A stretch of DNA of 37,859 nt from positions 64,001 to 101,859 of the IMG/VR virus record IMGVR_UViG_3300026484_000284. One strand, written 5' to 3'. This document shows positions 8,918 to 17,589 of the stretch, in pieces. The notes beneath the pieces were generated by a model, which saw nothing but the letters and a program-made list of their open reading frames with translations, made no database searches and was not told where the DNA came from. This DNA is from a virus (lineage: Duplodnaviria > Heunggongvirae > Uroviricota > Caudoviricetes). Positions within the stretch are counted from its first letter, which is position 1, and every line of letters starts with the position of its first letter. Both the position numbers and the translations under genes were made by a program.

Positions 8918-10060
8918 TTATACTTTTTTCAAAATAAAACAAGATTCATACCTTTCAAAAGATTGATTAGAAACTCTTCTCAATTCAATAGTTTTGTAAA
9001 AAATTTTAATTTCCCTAATGAATTCAAATTTCTCTTTTGCTATTTCAAGTAAATCTTGTCCTATTTCTTTTCCATCAATTTGTTTCGATATTACGAAAGA
9101 ATATATTCCACCTTTGTTTAGTGAATTGAATGAATTTTCAACTGTTTTTCTCCAATACTTATCTAACCATTCTTCATAAGTAGGATAAAGATTTATACTT
9201 TGTAAATTCCCATCATATGATTCCAAGTCAAAATAAGGTGGGCAAAAGAAAACAATATCATAATCGTTATCTATAACCTTATCCATTTTTTCAGATGGTA
9301 TGCAAAAAGTTTTAAGTTCTGGCAACTCATCAAACACATTCTCAAGTTTATGTAGTTCAATACAATTTTTTAAAACATTTTCTTGGACATCTATTATGTG
9401 GTATTTATTGGTCTTACCCCTTAAAGGTGATTTATCAATTGCTATCACAGGAGAACACCAACTTGCTGTGGGAATTAAAACATTGACCTTTTCCTTATTA
9501 ACCATTTTATACACTTCATCTAAAAGAGTGTAATAAGTATTAGGTGAAAAAATTGATGGGAGCATTATAACAGTTTTTAAAGTTACAGCAAAAGATCTAT
9601 AAATCCCTTTAATGCTGTTTGAAAAAACAGAAGGCATTGTAATTGACCTCATATTTTTACCCGTTTCAAGTGCTGCTTTGTATTTATCAAAAATTGTAGG
9701 ATTGTTTTTTGATGAACTTTTTAAAATATCTTCAAGATTTATATTCCTTAAAGTGCTGGGTGAATTAGGTTTAATAATTACAATATCGTCTTTAATTTCA
9801 AGTTTTTCAATGGGTTTAAATTCTTTATAACTAAAATAAGTGTTATAAAATACTCTTAAAGTTTCATTATCATTTAGGAAATTATAAAACCATTCATAAA
9901 AGGCATCTAAATCATTTTTAAAACACACTTTTCTAATATCATCCTCTTTTAACCTTTCCCATAGTTTTGCTAAATTTGGTGTCTTTTTAAATTCATCAAG
10001 TGGTAAAGGAGTGATGTCTTTTCTCAAGACACCACAAAAATCCTCAAATGAGTGTTTCAT
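8918..10060 (-). CDS. SAM-dependent amino-DNA methyltransferase-like protein
   Basis: FFCPPYFDLESY as motif IV variant; degenerate motif I VLIPTASW; EEWLDKYW...SLNKGGIYSF segment typical of this group. Confidence 0.65.
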   Translation of the reverse strand: MKHSFEDFCGVLRKDITPLPLDEFKKTPNLAKLWERLKEDDIRKVCFKNDLDAFYEWFYNFLNDNETLRVFYNTYFSYKEFKPIEKLEIKDDIVIIKPNSPSTLRNINLEDILKSSSKNNPTIFDKYKAALETGKNMRSITMPSVFSNSIKGIYRSFAVTLKTVIMLPSIFSPNTYYTLLDEVYKMVNKEKVNVLIPTASWCSPVIAIDKSPLRGKTNKYHIIDVQENVLKNCIELHKLENVFDELPELKTFCIPSEKMDKVIDNDYDIVFFCPPYFDLESYDGNLQSINLYPTYEEWLDKYWRKTVENSFNSLNKGGIYSFVISKQIDGKEIGQDLLEIAKEKFEFIREIKIFYKTIELRRVSNQSFERYESCFILKKV

Positions 10061-10070
10061 TTTTTAACCT

Positions 10071-10364
10071 TTATTTTTTACAATTTGCTTTATGATATAT
10101 TTCTATTTGCTGTGGATAATGTTTTTGTAATTCATACATCATAAAATCTTTTTGAGGTATTAAAATAACAAATAAAACACCCACTATTAAAATAACAAAT
10201 AACGATTTTCTTCGTTCGAATGCTTTTTTGATGTTACCACCCTCATAAACAATAAAATCGTATGATTCAAAAAACATAAAACCACCGAACAGAACAACAG
10301 CAAAAAAGACAAGCATAACCGAAACATTTAAAGCACCTATTAACCATAATGATAATTCAAACAT
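10071..10364 (-). CDS. Small membrane protein, 97 aa
   Basis: Two hydrophobic segments. Confidence 0.7.
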   Translation of the reverse strand: MFELSLWLIGALNVSVMLVFFAVVLFGGFMFFESYDFIVYEGGNIKKAFERRKSLFVILIVGVLFVILIPQKDFMMYELQKHYPQQIEIYHKANCKK

Positions 10365-10685
10365 TTATTCTCCTTTTAAATTTTCAATTATAACATTATA
10401 TCTTTGTAAATTGACACTTTTACCTATCTTTGCTGTCATTCTCAAACACTTAACAAAAATAATCATATATTTAGTATCTATTTTGCCATTTATTTTTAAG
10501 TCATTATCAAAAACTTTTATAATTCTGTTTTTAAAAGTTTTTAAAGTTGCTCCTTCAAAATAAACAGGGTAAGATTTATAAAACATTTCTAAAACATTAT
10601 CAAAACTTCCTAATGTTTCTGAAAGCATTTCTTTGACAACGAGCAGAAAGTCTATTTGGTCTTCGGTCAAGTTGTGTTTTTTCAT
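10365..10685 (-). CDS. Hypothetical protein, 106 aa
   Basis: ORF coupled to neighbours; AAAGGA RBS. Confidence 0.75.
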   Translation of the reverse strand: MKKHNLTEDQIDFLLVVKEMLSETLGSFDNVLEMFYKSYPVYFEGATLKTFKNRIIKVFDNDLKINGKIDTKYMIIFVKCLRMTAKIGKSVNLQRYNVIIENLKGE

Positions 10686-11095
10686 TTTTGTTCCTTTAAA
10701 CTTACAAAAATTTCTTTAAGCATTGCACTCGCTTTTTTCATATCAATGTCTTGTCTGACTTTTAACTCTTTCATACACTCGCCGAAGTTTTTGCCACTTG
10801 AAACCAAATCGTGTAAAACAGTTGTCAATTCATCACTTGATAATTGTTTAGGTAAAACTTTTTCTGCTAATTTTTTTAGAAAATTCAACTCTTTTTCAAC
10901 ATCCACCCCATTTTTGATTGAGTCTTCAACTTGCTTAATAGATTTTTTTAATCCATCAATGATAAACAAGTCTGGATTTGGGTCAGTTGGGTTTTTGTCT
11001 TTTGCTAATTTCTCTATCGTGTCAATTAACATCATAATGAAATTTTTATTTTCTTTATCTTTCATTCTCATAATTTTCAATTCTTTAAAATTCAT
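10682..11095 (-). CDS. GatB/YqeY-domain protein
   Basis: VLPKQLSSDEL...GECMKEL...DMKKAS pattern of YqeY. Confidence 0.75.
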   Translation of the reverse strand: MNFKELKIMRMKDKENKNFIMMLIDTIEKLAKDKNPTDPNPDLFIIDGLKKSIKQVEDSIKNGVDVEKELNFLKKLAEKVLPKQLSSDELTTVLHDLVSSGKNFGECMKELKVRQDIDMKKASAMLKEIFVSLKEQK

Positions 11096-11112
11096 TTCCT
11101 TCTCCTTTTAAT

Positions 11113-11361
11113 TTAATATGGGTGAATTTCATTTAAAACATCTTGAAATTTTTTAACCATTGTATTGACTTTTGATTTCACTTGATATTCATCTTCAAAT
11201 TCCTGAGCATCGAATAAATAACGATTATACCCATCTACTTCAAAATGACTGTCTTTTAAATTATTCAATAATTTTTCCATTGCTTTTTTCAATAAAAATA
11301 TCTCTTGATGATTTGCTTTTATTTTAAAAGTATTCATCTCATCTTTAACTTTTATTTTCAT
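11113..11361 (-). CDS. Hypothetical protein, 82 aa
   Basis: AAAGGAGG RBS. Confidence 0.75.
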   Translation of the reverse strand: MKIKVKDEMNTFKIKANHQEIFLLKKAMEKLLNNLKDSHFEVDGYNRYLFDAQEFEDEYQVKSKVNTMVKKFQDVLNEIHPY

Positions 11362-11436
11362 TAGACCTCCTTTGTCAATTTCACTTTACGATTTACGATT
11401 TTTGAACCGATTTGTAAAGTGGATTTTACAATAATT

Positions 11437-12789
11437 TCAATTTAATTCTTTAGCACTTTCTTCAATTTCAAAACATTCATTCAATGTATTTGATGTATCC
11501 TTATCTTCTCTAACTTCTATAAATCTTGGATGTAAAACACTATAAGTTCCATTTGAATTTTCACTTATCCCAGAACATTTAATAGTTACCACTTTACCAA
11601 CTAAACTATCTTTATTCTCCGTTAAGTAATTCATCATTGCTTCAGGAATACCACCAGCAGTAGTTTTTAATTTTCCATCTGCTGTTTCACATACAATTCT
11701 ATTAACAAAATTTTCATATTTTGTTCCGGAATTTCCATTTAATAAATCGGTTATGATGAGGTCTAATTCAATTTCTAATTTGAACTTCATTTGACTATTA
11801 GGTTTTCCGTCTTCCCAAACACTATCAGTATCTTTCAAAATGATACCTTCTTCTCCATTGTCTTTTGCTTCTAAATAACTATTCATAATTTCTTCATAAG
11901 TTGAAACCTCTTTATATTCAACTAAACCAATTTTAGAATTGATTTTATGGAATTCAATTAAATCTTTTCTTCTTTCATATAAAGGTTTTTCATATCTACC
12001 TTCTTGCCATTTATCAAGTGGTATAATATCCCAAGCAACCATATGAATTTTATTAAGTGCTTCGTTAGGAGTAATATCATAATTTTTTATAAAATTTTCA
12101 ACATCTTTTTGTCTTGAACCTTTTTCTATAAGTTGTTTTAATGAATTCACTAACCCATTAGCAATATATCTATGAAAACCTTCAACCAATATCTCACCTG
12201 TAACTACAAGATTTTTTGATTCAATTCCTTCAAATGCTTTTTCTAAAAATAATTTTTTACCACTTCTCGCAAGTGTTTCAACTCTTCCGTTCTCATCAAA
12301 AATCAAATTACAAAATAATCCATCATATTTTATTTCTGAATATAATTTTTTACCAATCATTTTTTGTAGTTTTTTCTTATTGAAACTTATCGCACCCATA
12401 TAATTGATAGTAGGTATTAAATTTTTATAAACTTTATTTATAAGTTTAGTGTTTATACCAACCTTCATATCTTTTGCTAAAATTTTGTCAAGCACTATCG
12501 CATCTCTCTCATTTAATTTACTTCTTAAAATAGTTACCATATCAATTGCTGCATTACCTGTAACTTCTCTATTTCTTAACTTGTCTAAATAGTCGAATAC
12601 TGCTTCAAGTTGGAACTCTCCTGAAAAACTTTTACCCTTTGGGTACTTTTTAATGTTAAAGGTATAAAATGGATTGTAAGTGTAAAATAACACTTTTCTA
12701 AATAATTCATTATCATTTTCTTTTAACATAACTTGCTTTTGATTAGTTGAATTTTCACCTTTTAATTTTTCTAAAATTGATAATATCAT
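11437..12789 (-). CDS. gp30: ATP-dependent DNA ligase (T4 gp30-like)
   Basis: EIKYDG motif I, TGEI motif III, EEGIILKD motif IV, MKFK motif V, LHPRFIEVREDK motif VI. Confidence 0.95.
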   Translation of the reverse strand: MILSILEKLKGENSTNQKQVMLKENDNELFRKVLFYTYNPFYTFNIKKYPKGKSFSGEFQLEAVFDYLDKLRNREVTGNAAIDMVTILRSKLNERDAIVLDKILAKDMKVGINTKLINKVYKNLIPTINYMGAISFNKKKLQKMIGKKLYSEIKYDGLFCNLIFDENGRVETLARSGKKLFLEKAFEGIESKNLVVTGEILVEGFHRYIANGLVNSLKQLIEKGSRQKDVENFIKNYDITPNEALNKIHMVAWDIIPLDKWQEGRYEKPLYERRKDLIEFHKINSKIGLVEYKEVSTYEEIMNSYLEAKDNGEEGIILKDTDSVWEDGKPNSQMKFKLEIELDLIITDLLNGNSGTKYENFVNRIVCETADGKLKTTAGGIPEAMMNYLTENKDSLVGKVVTIKCSGISENSNGTYSVLHPRFIEVREDKDTSNTLNECFEIEESAKELN

Positions 12790-12923
12790 TTTAACTCCTC
12801 TAAAATTTTTTTAAGTCTTATAACTTCACTATGTATATATACTTGCTCATTAAAATTTAATGATGTGTTTAAATCCACCTTTAACTTTTTTATCATTAAT
12901 TCAATTCTTTGTCTTTCTGTCAT
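12786..12923 (-). CDS. 45-aa ORF absent from the ORF track (MTERQRIELMIKKLKVDLNTSLNFNEQVYIHSEVIRLKKILEELK)
   Basis: AAAAGGA RBS; first gene behind a class I promoter; TGA overlaps the ligase ATG (ATGA). Confidence 0.75.
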   Translation of the reverse strand: MTERQRIELMIKKLKVDLNTSLNFNEQVYIHSEVIRLKKILEELK

Positions 12924-12953
12924 GCGAATTCCTTTTCGTTTATTTACATTATA

Positions 12954-12982
12954 ATTATAACAAAATAAAAATAAAAAGTCAA
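12954..12982 (-). promoter_or_regulatory. Class I promoter TTGACT-N17-TATAAT
   Basis: -35 at 12982-12977, -10 at 12959-12954. Confidence 0.85.
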
Positions 12983-13000
12983 GTAAATTTTAAAATAAAA

Positions 13001-13300
13001 TTACAAACTTTTACTCATTTGTTTATCAAAAGCACAAATAAGTTTATCATTTATTTCATTTAATTCTTCAAGTGTCAATTCTTTATCGAATAATTCTTTC
13101 ATTAAAATTATAACATCGGCATTATCTGAACCAAATAATATCATTTTACAAACTTTTACATTCATAATAGTTTCCATTTCATACTCATCTGCTTCAAGAA
13201 ATTCAATTTTTTCTTTAAGTCCAAAATTCATAATCGAAACTATTTCTGCTAAATCTTTAACTTTTATATTTATTATTTCATTTGTTAAATTTATTTTCAA
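13001..13300 (-). CDS. Hypothetical early protein with TTG start, 99 aa
   Basis: AAAAAGGA RBS in front of the TTG. Confidence 0.75.
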   Translation of the reverse strand: MKINLTNEIINIKVKDLAEIVSIMNFGLKEKIEFLEADEYEMETIMNVKVCKMILFGSDNADVIILMKELFDKELTLEELNEINDKLICAFDKQMSKSL

Positions 13301-13329
13301 GTGTATTCCTTTTTTGAATTTATAATATA

Positions 13330-13358
13330 ATTATAACAAAAAAGAAAGAAGAAGTCAA
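13330..13358 (-). promoter_or_regulatory. Class I promoter TTGACT-N17-TATAAT
   Basis: -35 at 13358-13353, -10 at 13335-13330. Confidence 0.85.
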
Positions 13359-13374
13359 GTAAAAATTATAAAAA

Positions 13375-13575
13375 TTAAAAATTTACTTGAATAAATTTAT
13401 ACCCATTTAATAAATTATCTCTTTTATTGACACTATAAATTTTATATTCTTCATCGTCAATTATTTCAAAGTCATAACCCTTTTGATATAACTCCTTAGC
13501 AGTTTCAAGTGCATCTTCAAAAACTTCAAATTCTTCTTTGAATTGTGCTATATCATTCTTGTATTTTAAAACCAA
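13375..13575 (-). CDS. Hypothetical protein, 66 aa
   Basis: ORF abutting the upstream gene. Confidence 0.65.
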   Translation of the reverse strand: MVLKYKNDIAQFKEEFEVFEDALETAKELYQKGYDFEIIDDEEYKIYSVNKRDNLLNGYKFIQVNF

Positions 13576-13576
13576 T

Positions 13577-14101
13577 TTATTCTCCTATAAAATTTTCCAG
13601 AAGTTCTATCACTTCATTTTCGTTATCACAAACATAATAATCACTTAATCTTCCTAGAATGTCATTTCTTATAATAGTGTCCAATTTTATTGCCTCTTCT
13701 TCACATTGTAGTCTCCCAAGTGGATTGAATTGACAACTTCTTCTTATTAAAATATCAATCGTCATAAATTTATCGTGTTTGTGAAATAAGTACTCTTTCA
13801 AAAATAAATCATCTGTATAAACACAACCAAGTAAAAATGGACTATCTGTGATTATAACATATTCATCTTCTTTTAAACCCTTATCTTTATAATACTTATC
13901 AACTCTCCATATCCTATGATATTGACTTGCAGAAATAAAGAATTGGTCTTGTAATTTTTTGTGTGATTCTTCATAAACTAAATCTTTGGCATATTCTGTA
14001 ACCAATTCAATTTGCTTATTTAGTTTTTTAAAATGGTTAAACACTCCTGCGGCAATGGTCGATTTTCTACAACCAGGACCCCCATACAAATTTACAATCA
14101 T
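13577..14101 (-). CDS. NadR/AAA_28-like P-loop nucleotide kinase/ATPase
   Basis: VNLYGGPGCRKST, ELVTEYAKDL, IITDSP, RLQCEEEA family motifs. Confidence 0.75.
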   Translation of the reverse strand: MIVNLYGGPGCRKSTIAAGVFNHFKKLNKQIELVTEYAKDLVYEESHKKLQDQFFISASQYHRIWRVDKYYKDKGLKEDEYVIITDSPFLLGCVYTDDLFLKEYLFHKHDKFMTIDILIRRSCQFNPLGRLQCEEEAIKLDTIIRNDILGRLSDYYVCDNENEVIELLENFIGE

Positions 14102-14110
14102 TTTTATTCC

Positions 14111-14521
14111 TTAACTTTTTACTTCAACTAAACAATTTTTTCCATATTTATTTATTGCTTCTTTAACAGATTTAACATTTATTTCATTCTTAAGATTTTT
14201 AAACCTTACAGGTTTTTCAAGTGATTCCAACTCTAACCTTGTCGCTTTTTTAAGATTAAGTGGTAACTCAATTTCGATATAAAACGAACCTTTAACTCTT
14301 AAAGTAAAATTCAATTCCGTTAAGTAGTTAGGTAAAACTTTTTCAACTTGTAAGTTCGGATAAATGTGTTTTAATGAAGCAGCATAATTTTTTTTAACTT
14401 TTTTTAGTGCTGCTTCCATCCTCTCCTGGAAATTTGGAATGGTATTATCTAACATTCCCAAAAACTCATCTGATTTTATTTCTTTTGAATTATCTAATTC
14501 ATAAGTCAATTTTAATATCAT
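14111..14521 (-). CDS. Hypothetical protein, 136 aa
   Basis: ORF with TAATG coupling. Confidence 0.7.
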   Translation of the reverse strand: MILKLTYELDNSKEIKSDEFLGMLDNTIPNFQERMEAALKKVKKNYAASLKHIYPNLQVEKVLPNYLTELNFTLRVKGSFYIEIELPLNLKKATRLELESLEKPVRFKNLKNEINVKSVKEAINKYGKNCLVEVKS

Positions 14522-14676
14522 TACTCTTCCTTTTTCTCAAAACGGGGTTGAAACGAAGTTAAAAAGTTTTCGATATTCTTAACCCCTTCTTTAACATCTT
14601 TTAACTCGCAAGCAACTTTTTTGGCAATTTCTTCAACCAATGACTTTAATAGTTCCTCGTTATTTTCGTATTTCAT
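14521..14676 (-). CDS. 51-aa ORF absent from the ORF track (MKYENNEELLKSLVEEIAKKVACELKDVKEGVKNIENFLTSFQPRFEKKEE)
   Basis: Fills the gap exactly, with TAATG overlaps at both ends. Confidence 0.75.
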   Translation of the reverse strand: MKYENNEELLKSLVEEIAKKVACELKDVKEGVKNIENFLTSFQPRFEKKEE

Positions 14677-14873
14677 TAACTATCCACATTCTTCGTGAAT
14701 TCTGAATCAATGTTATTGAAAGCAGTATCTCTTTTATCTGTATTTTCATATTCCTCTATTGAAGATTGCCCATTTGAGAAAGTGAATTTTATTTTATTAT
14801 CATCTGATTTCTCATATCTTGATATTAAAGTCATTGGATAAAGTTTATCATTTGTTCTAGCATAAATTATCAT
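14676..14873 (-). CDS. Hypothetical protein, probably late, 65 aa
   Basis: AAAAGGA RBS; TAAATA at 14897-14892. Confidence 0.7.
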   Translation of the reverse strand: MIIYARTNDKLYPMTLISRYEKSDDNKIKFTFSNGQSSIEEYENTDKRDTAFNNIDSEFTKNVDS

Positions 14874-14909
14874 TATCGTTCCTTTTGTTTTTATTTAATT
14901 AAGATTTAA

Positions 14910-15440
14910 TTAAAATTTTTGAGGTGTATAGTCGTGTAACTCAACACTAAAATTTTTATGATTTGGCAAATTGACTACCCTATTATGTGTATGTCCGTGA
15001 AGAACTAAATCATAATCATTTTCTTTAAGTCTTGATATATATTCATTCAATTCTTTACTATTTTGTTTCTTTATTTCAAGTGGATAGTGAGTAAATAAAA
15101 TTTTTTTATTATTGATTGTTAAAATCATATTATCTAAAACTTTTTCAAAACCAATATCTAAATAGAATTGATTTGACTCTTTATCGTGATTACCCTTAAT
15201 AAGGACTTTCTTACCATTCAATCTATCCATAATTGACTTATAAGAATCTTTTTTTGTTTTGTATGACTTATCCCAACCAATAGCAAAATCACCTAAATGC
15301 ACTATAAGGTCGTCTTCTTTTACAACCTCATTCCACTTTTTTATAATGTACTCATTCATTTCGTATGTGTTATTAAAGGGCCTATCACAATAATTGATGA
15401 TATTATCGTGATAGAAGTGTGTATCTGAAATTAAAAGCAT
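14910..15440 (-). CDS. Calcineurin-like metallophosphoesterase
   Basis: DTH, HLGDF, GNHD, H and HGHTH motifs all present. Confidence 0.9.
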   Translation of the reverse strand: MLLISDTHFYHDNIINYCDRPFNNTYEMNEYIIKKWNEVVKEDDLIVHLGDFAIGWDKSYKTKKDSYKSIMDRLNGKKVLIKGNHDKESNQFYLDIGFEKVLDNMILTINNKKILFTHYPLEIKKQNSKELNEYISRLKENDYDLVLHGHTHNRVVNLPNHKNFSVELHDYTPQKF

Positions 15441-15697
15441 TACATACTCTTATAAATTTTATAATGATTTCCATTATTTGTGGCGTTATCGATTATGAAC
15501 TTAACAACTTCAAGGACTGTATTGAATTCTCTATCTGGTATATGGTAATTCCAAGTTGTGTCATTTGAGTATCTAAACTTCACTACATACTTTCCACTTT
15601 GATTTTGTAGATTGACTTTTCTTGAAATTTTAATATAACATCTTAAACCGTCAGGTGTAACAAATTCAGTATAACCTTTCTTACATTTTTCAATCAT
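15440..15697 (-). CDS. Hypothetical protein, 85 aa
   Basis: AAGGAG RBS; TAATG coupling. Confidence 0.75.
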   Translation of the reverse strand: MIEKCKKGYTEFVTPDGLRCYIKISRKVNLQNQSGKYVVKFRYSNDTTWNYHIPDREFNTVLEVVKFIIDNATNNGNHYKIYKSM

Positions 15698-15733
15698 TTT
15701 ATCTCCTTATTTTATTTTTATATATTTTTTATA

Positions 15734-15763
15734 ATTATAATTTATTTTTAATAAAAAATTAAC
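15734..15763 (-). promoter_or_regulatory. Class II promoter GTTAATT-N17-TATAAT
   Basis: -10 at 15739-15734, GTTAATT at 15763-15757. Confidence 0.65.
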
Positions 15764-16612
15764 TTATTCTGGACATTCAAACTTAAACATCTCTTTCCAT
15801 TTCACTTCTGGGTCTATTGCTTTTCCATCAGCAAAATAGCAAGTCACGATTCCTGTGTCTGGGTCAAGTTTCGCATATTTTTGATTAAATCTCTTTTCTG
15901 TAAATAACCCTAAACTATCATTATGGATAATTATCTTAATCTTAAATTTCTTTGATGATTTAATCGTAAATTTAAAATCTTCATTATACCTATCTATAAA
16001 AACTTTATAAAAAGGATAGTCAGGTAAAGTCGGTAAAACAACCTCAACAGGTGGTGGGGGTGGTAACAATGGATCTGGTGGAACGGGATTTGGGTCAGGG
16101 ACGATACCTAATAAAATCAAAATATCGTCTTCCACTCCTTTTGCTTCAGGTAAAAATTTATTATAGAATGCTTCAATATCTCTTATTTTAACTTTTGAAG
16201 TGAAATTGACAGTTACTTCTTTTTCGATGTAACCCTTAGGAGGAACATATTGTGAATAATCTTTATCATAAGGCATAGGGAAAGCACTTATTGGTGGGAA
16301 TTTCGCTTCTTTTTTGATGATTGGGTCACCTTCAACTTTACCACCGATTTCTCCTGTCTTAGTGTCGTTGAATTGTAGGCCTTCTACATCAATTTGAGCA
16401 TTGTACTCGTGAGAAACTTCCTCAAAGTATTCTTCCATTCCATCTTCAAATATAGTTTTACAATAATTTATAAATGACTTAAAATTACACCCAGTCATAA
16501 TGTTTTTACCACTTGGGGATTGAATGTATTCATTATCAATCCATTTATGATGTGCAACTTTTAAAGGAGTTTTAAAGAATTGATTTAATACCATTTTATC
16601 CATTATTAACAT
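15764..16612 (-). CDS. Hypothetical protein with Pro-rich linker, possibly structural
   Basis: PDPNPVPPDPLLPPPPP; overlaps the end of the PAAR gene; exact start uncertain. Confidence 0.7.
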   Translation of the reverse strand: MLIMDKMVLNQFFKTPLKVAHHKWIDNEYIQSPSGKNIMTGCNFKSFINYCKTIFEDGMEEYFEEVSHEYNAQIDVEGLQFNDTKTGEIGGKVEGDPIIKKEAKFPPISAFPMPYDKDYSQYVPPKGYIEKEVTVNFTSKVKIRDIEAFYNKFLPEAKGVEDDILILLGIVPDPNPVPPDPLLPPPPPVEVVLPTLPDYPFYKVFIDRYNEDFKFTIKSSKKFKIKIIIHNDSLGLFTEKRFNQKYAKLDPDTGIVTCYFADGKAIDPEVKWKEMFKFECPE

Positions 16613-16886
16613 TAGGACTACCTTTTGCTAAAGCACCACCACAATCTATTGGGTCTCCAATTCTTGCGACAGGTTTCCCTTCTACAAACAAGTTACCACT
16701 ACCAGCAGCAATTTTTCTTGGGTGTTTTTTAGCAGGACAAGAACCAGCGTGAGGTTCTAAGTCGTCACCTAATCTGGCAACAGGTTTTCCATTTATGAAA
16801 ACACTCCCTGCTCCTGAAATTACATTCGTTGTGGGAAAACATCCGTGCCCTGTACCTGCATCCCCAATGGTTGAAATTGGTGGCAT
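16596..16886 (-). CDS. gp5.4: PAAR-repeat spike-tip protein (T4 gp5.4-like)
   Basis: GKPVARLGD and GKPVARIGD repeats; GHGCFP and PHAGSC His/Cys; GSPNV end. Confidence 0.92.
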   Translation of the reverse strand: MPPISTIGDAGTGHGCFPTTNVISGAGSVFINGKPVARLGDDLEPHAGSCPAKKHPRKIAAGSGNLFVEGKPVARIGDPIDCGGALAKGSPNVNNG

Positions 16887-17245
16887 TACACTTCCACAAA
16901 CCCAATGTGCTCAAACACATTGATTTTTTCAACTTTACCATCTTTTTCAATTTCTTTACTAACTCTTTTGCTGAATGAATACACAGGTTTTAAGTCGTGT
17001 CTTTTTAATTCCTTTTCCAAAACACCCATAAAGTATGGTGCTCCACCGATTAGGACTTTATCTATCCCATAAGTAATTGCTAAAACAGATAAGTACTCTG
17101 CTCTTTTTGTCATTTCTTCAAGTGTAGGGGCATCTTCAAAAGTCAATAATGATTTAACAGTTTCTTTTTCTGTCGGTTCGAAAACCCCTGCTGCTTTTTG
17201 TGATTCAGTCGCATTATGCTGTGTAAGGTTTAAAATGTTTTTCAT
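16886..17245 (-). CDS. Csx20-like putative ring nuclease, 119 aa (start revised from 17392)
   Basis: AAAAAGGAG RBS and class I promoter fix the start at 17245; NLTQH N-terminus; DKVLIGG...LKPVYSFSKRVSKE..DGKVEKINVFEHIGF matches the recalled Csx20 C-terminus. Confidence 0.6.
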   Translation of the reverse strand: MKNILNLTQHNATESQKAAGVFEPTEKETVKSLLTFEDAPTLEEMTKRAEYLSVLAITYGIDKVLIGGAPYFMGVLEKELKRHDLKPVYSFSKRVSKEIEKDGKVEKINVFEHIGFVEV

Positions 17246-17284
17246 AAAAACTCCTTTTTTATATTCATGTGATTTTGTATTATA

Positions 17285-17313
17285 ATTATAACTAAAAGAA
17301 AATAAAAAGTCAA
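17285..17313 (-). promoter_or_regulatory. Class I promoter TTGACT-N17-TATAAT
   Basis: -35 at 17313-17308, -10 at 17290-17285. Confidence 0.85.
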
Positions 17314-17328
17314 GTAAAATTAGACTTT

Positions 17329-17589
17329 TTATAAAAATTTTATTGGGATGCCTATCTCTTTTTCTAATTCGTGTTTTTTGATAATTGACCACAATTTATT
17401 TGACTTTTTTAAAAAATCGTAACTTCTAATTTTCGGGGCATTTACTTCAATTCCTTCAGCAACTTTTTTTTCAATTTCTTCAAGTGATTTTATATTTTGA
17501 TGAAAATAATCAATTTGTAAAAAATTTTTAATGAAAGCACCTTTGGATTCATTTTCCGGGCAAACTAAATAATCTAATTTTAACATCAT
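17329..17589 (-). CDS. Hypothetical protein, 86 aa
   Basis: ATGA overlap with the upstream gene; AAGGA RBS. Confidence 0.7.
   Translation of the reverse strand: MMLKLDYLVCPENESKGAFIKNFLQIDYFHQNIKSLEEIEKKVAEGIEVNAPKIRSYDFLKKSNKLWSIIKKHELEKEIGIPIKFL

Noticed and set aside
16765-16950. 61-aa Cys-rich minus-strand ORF
   Set aside because: Alternate frame over the PAAR and Csx20-like genes; no RBS
17246-17392. N-terminal extension of ORF 16886..17392
   Set aside because: Spans the promoter and overlaps the upstream gene; the RBS points to ATG 17245
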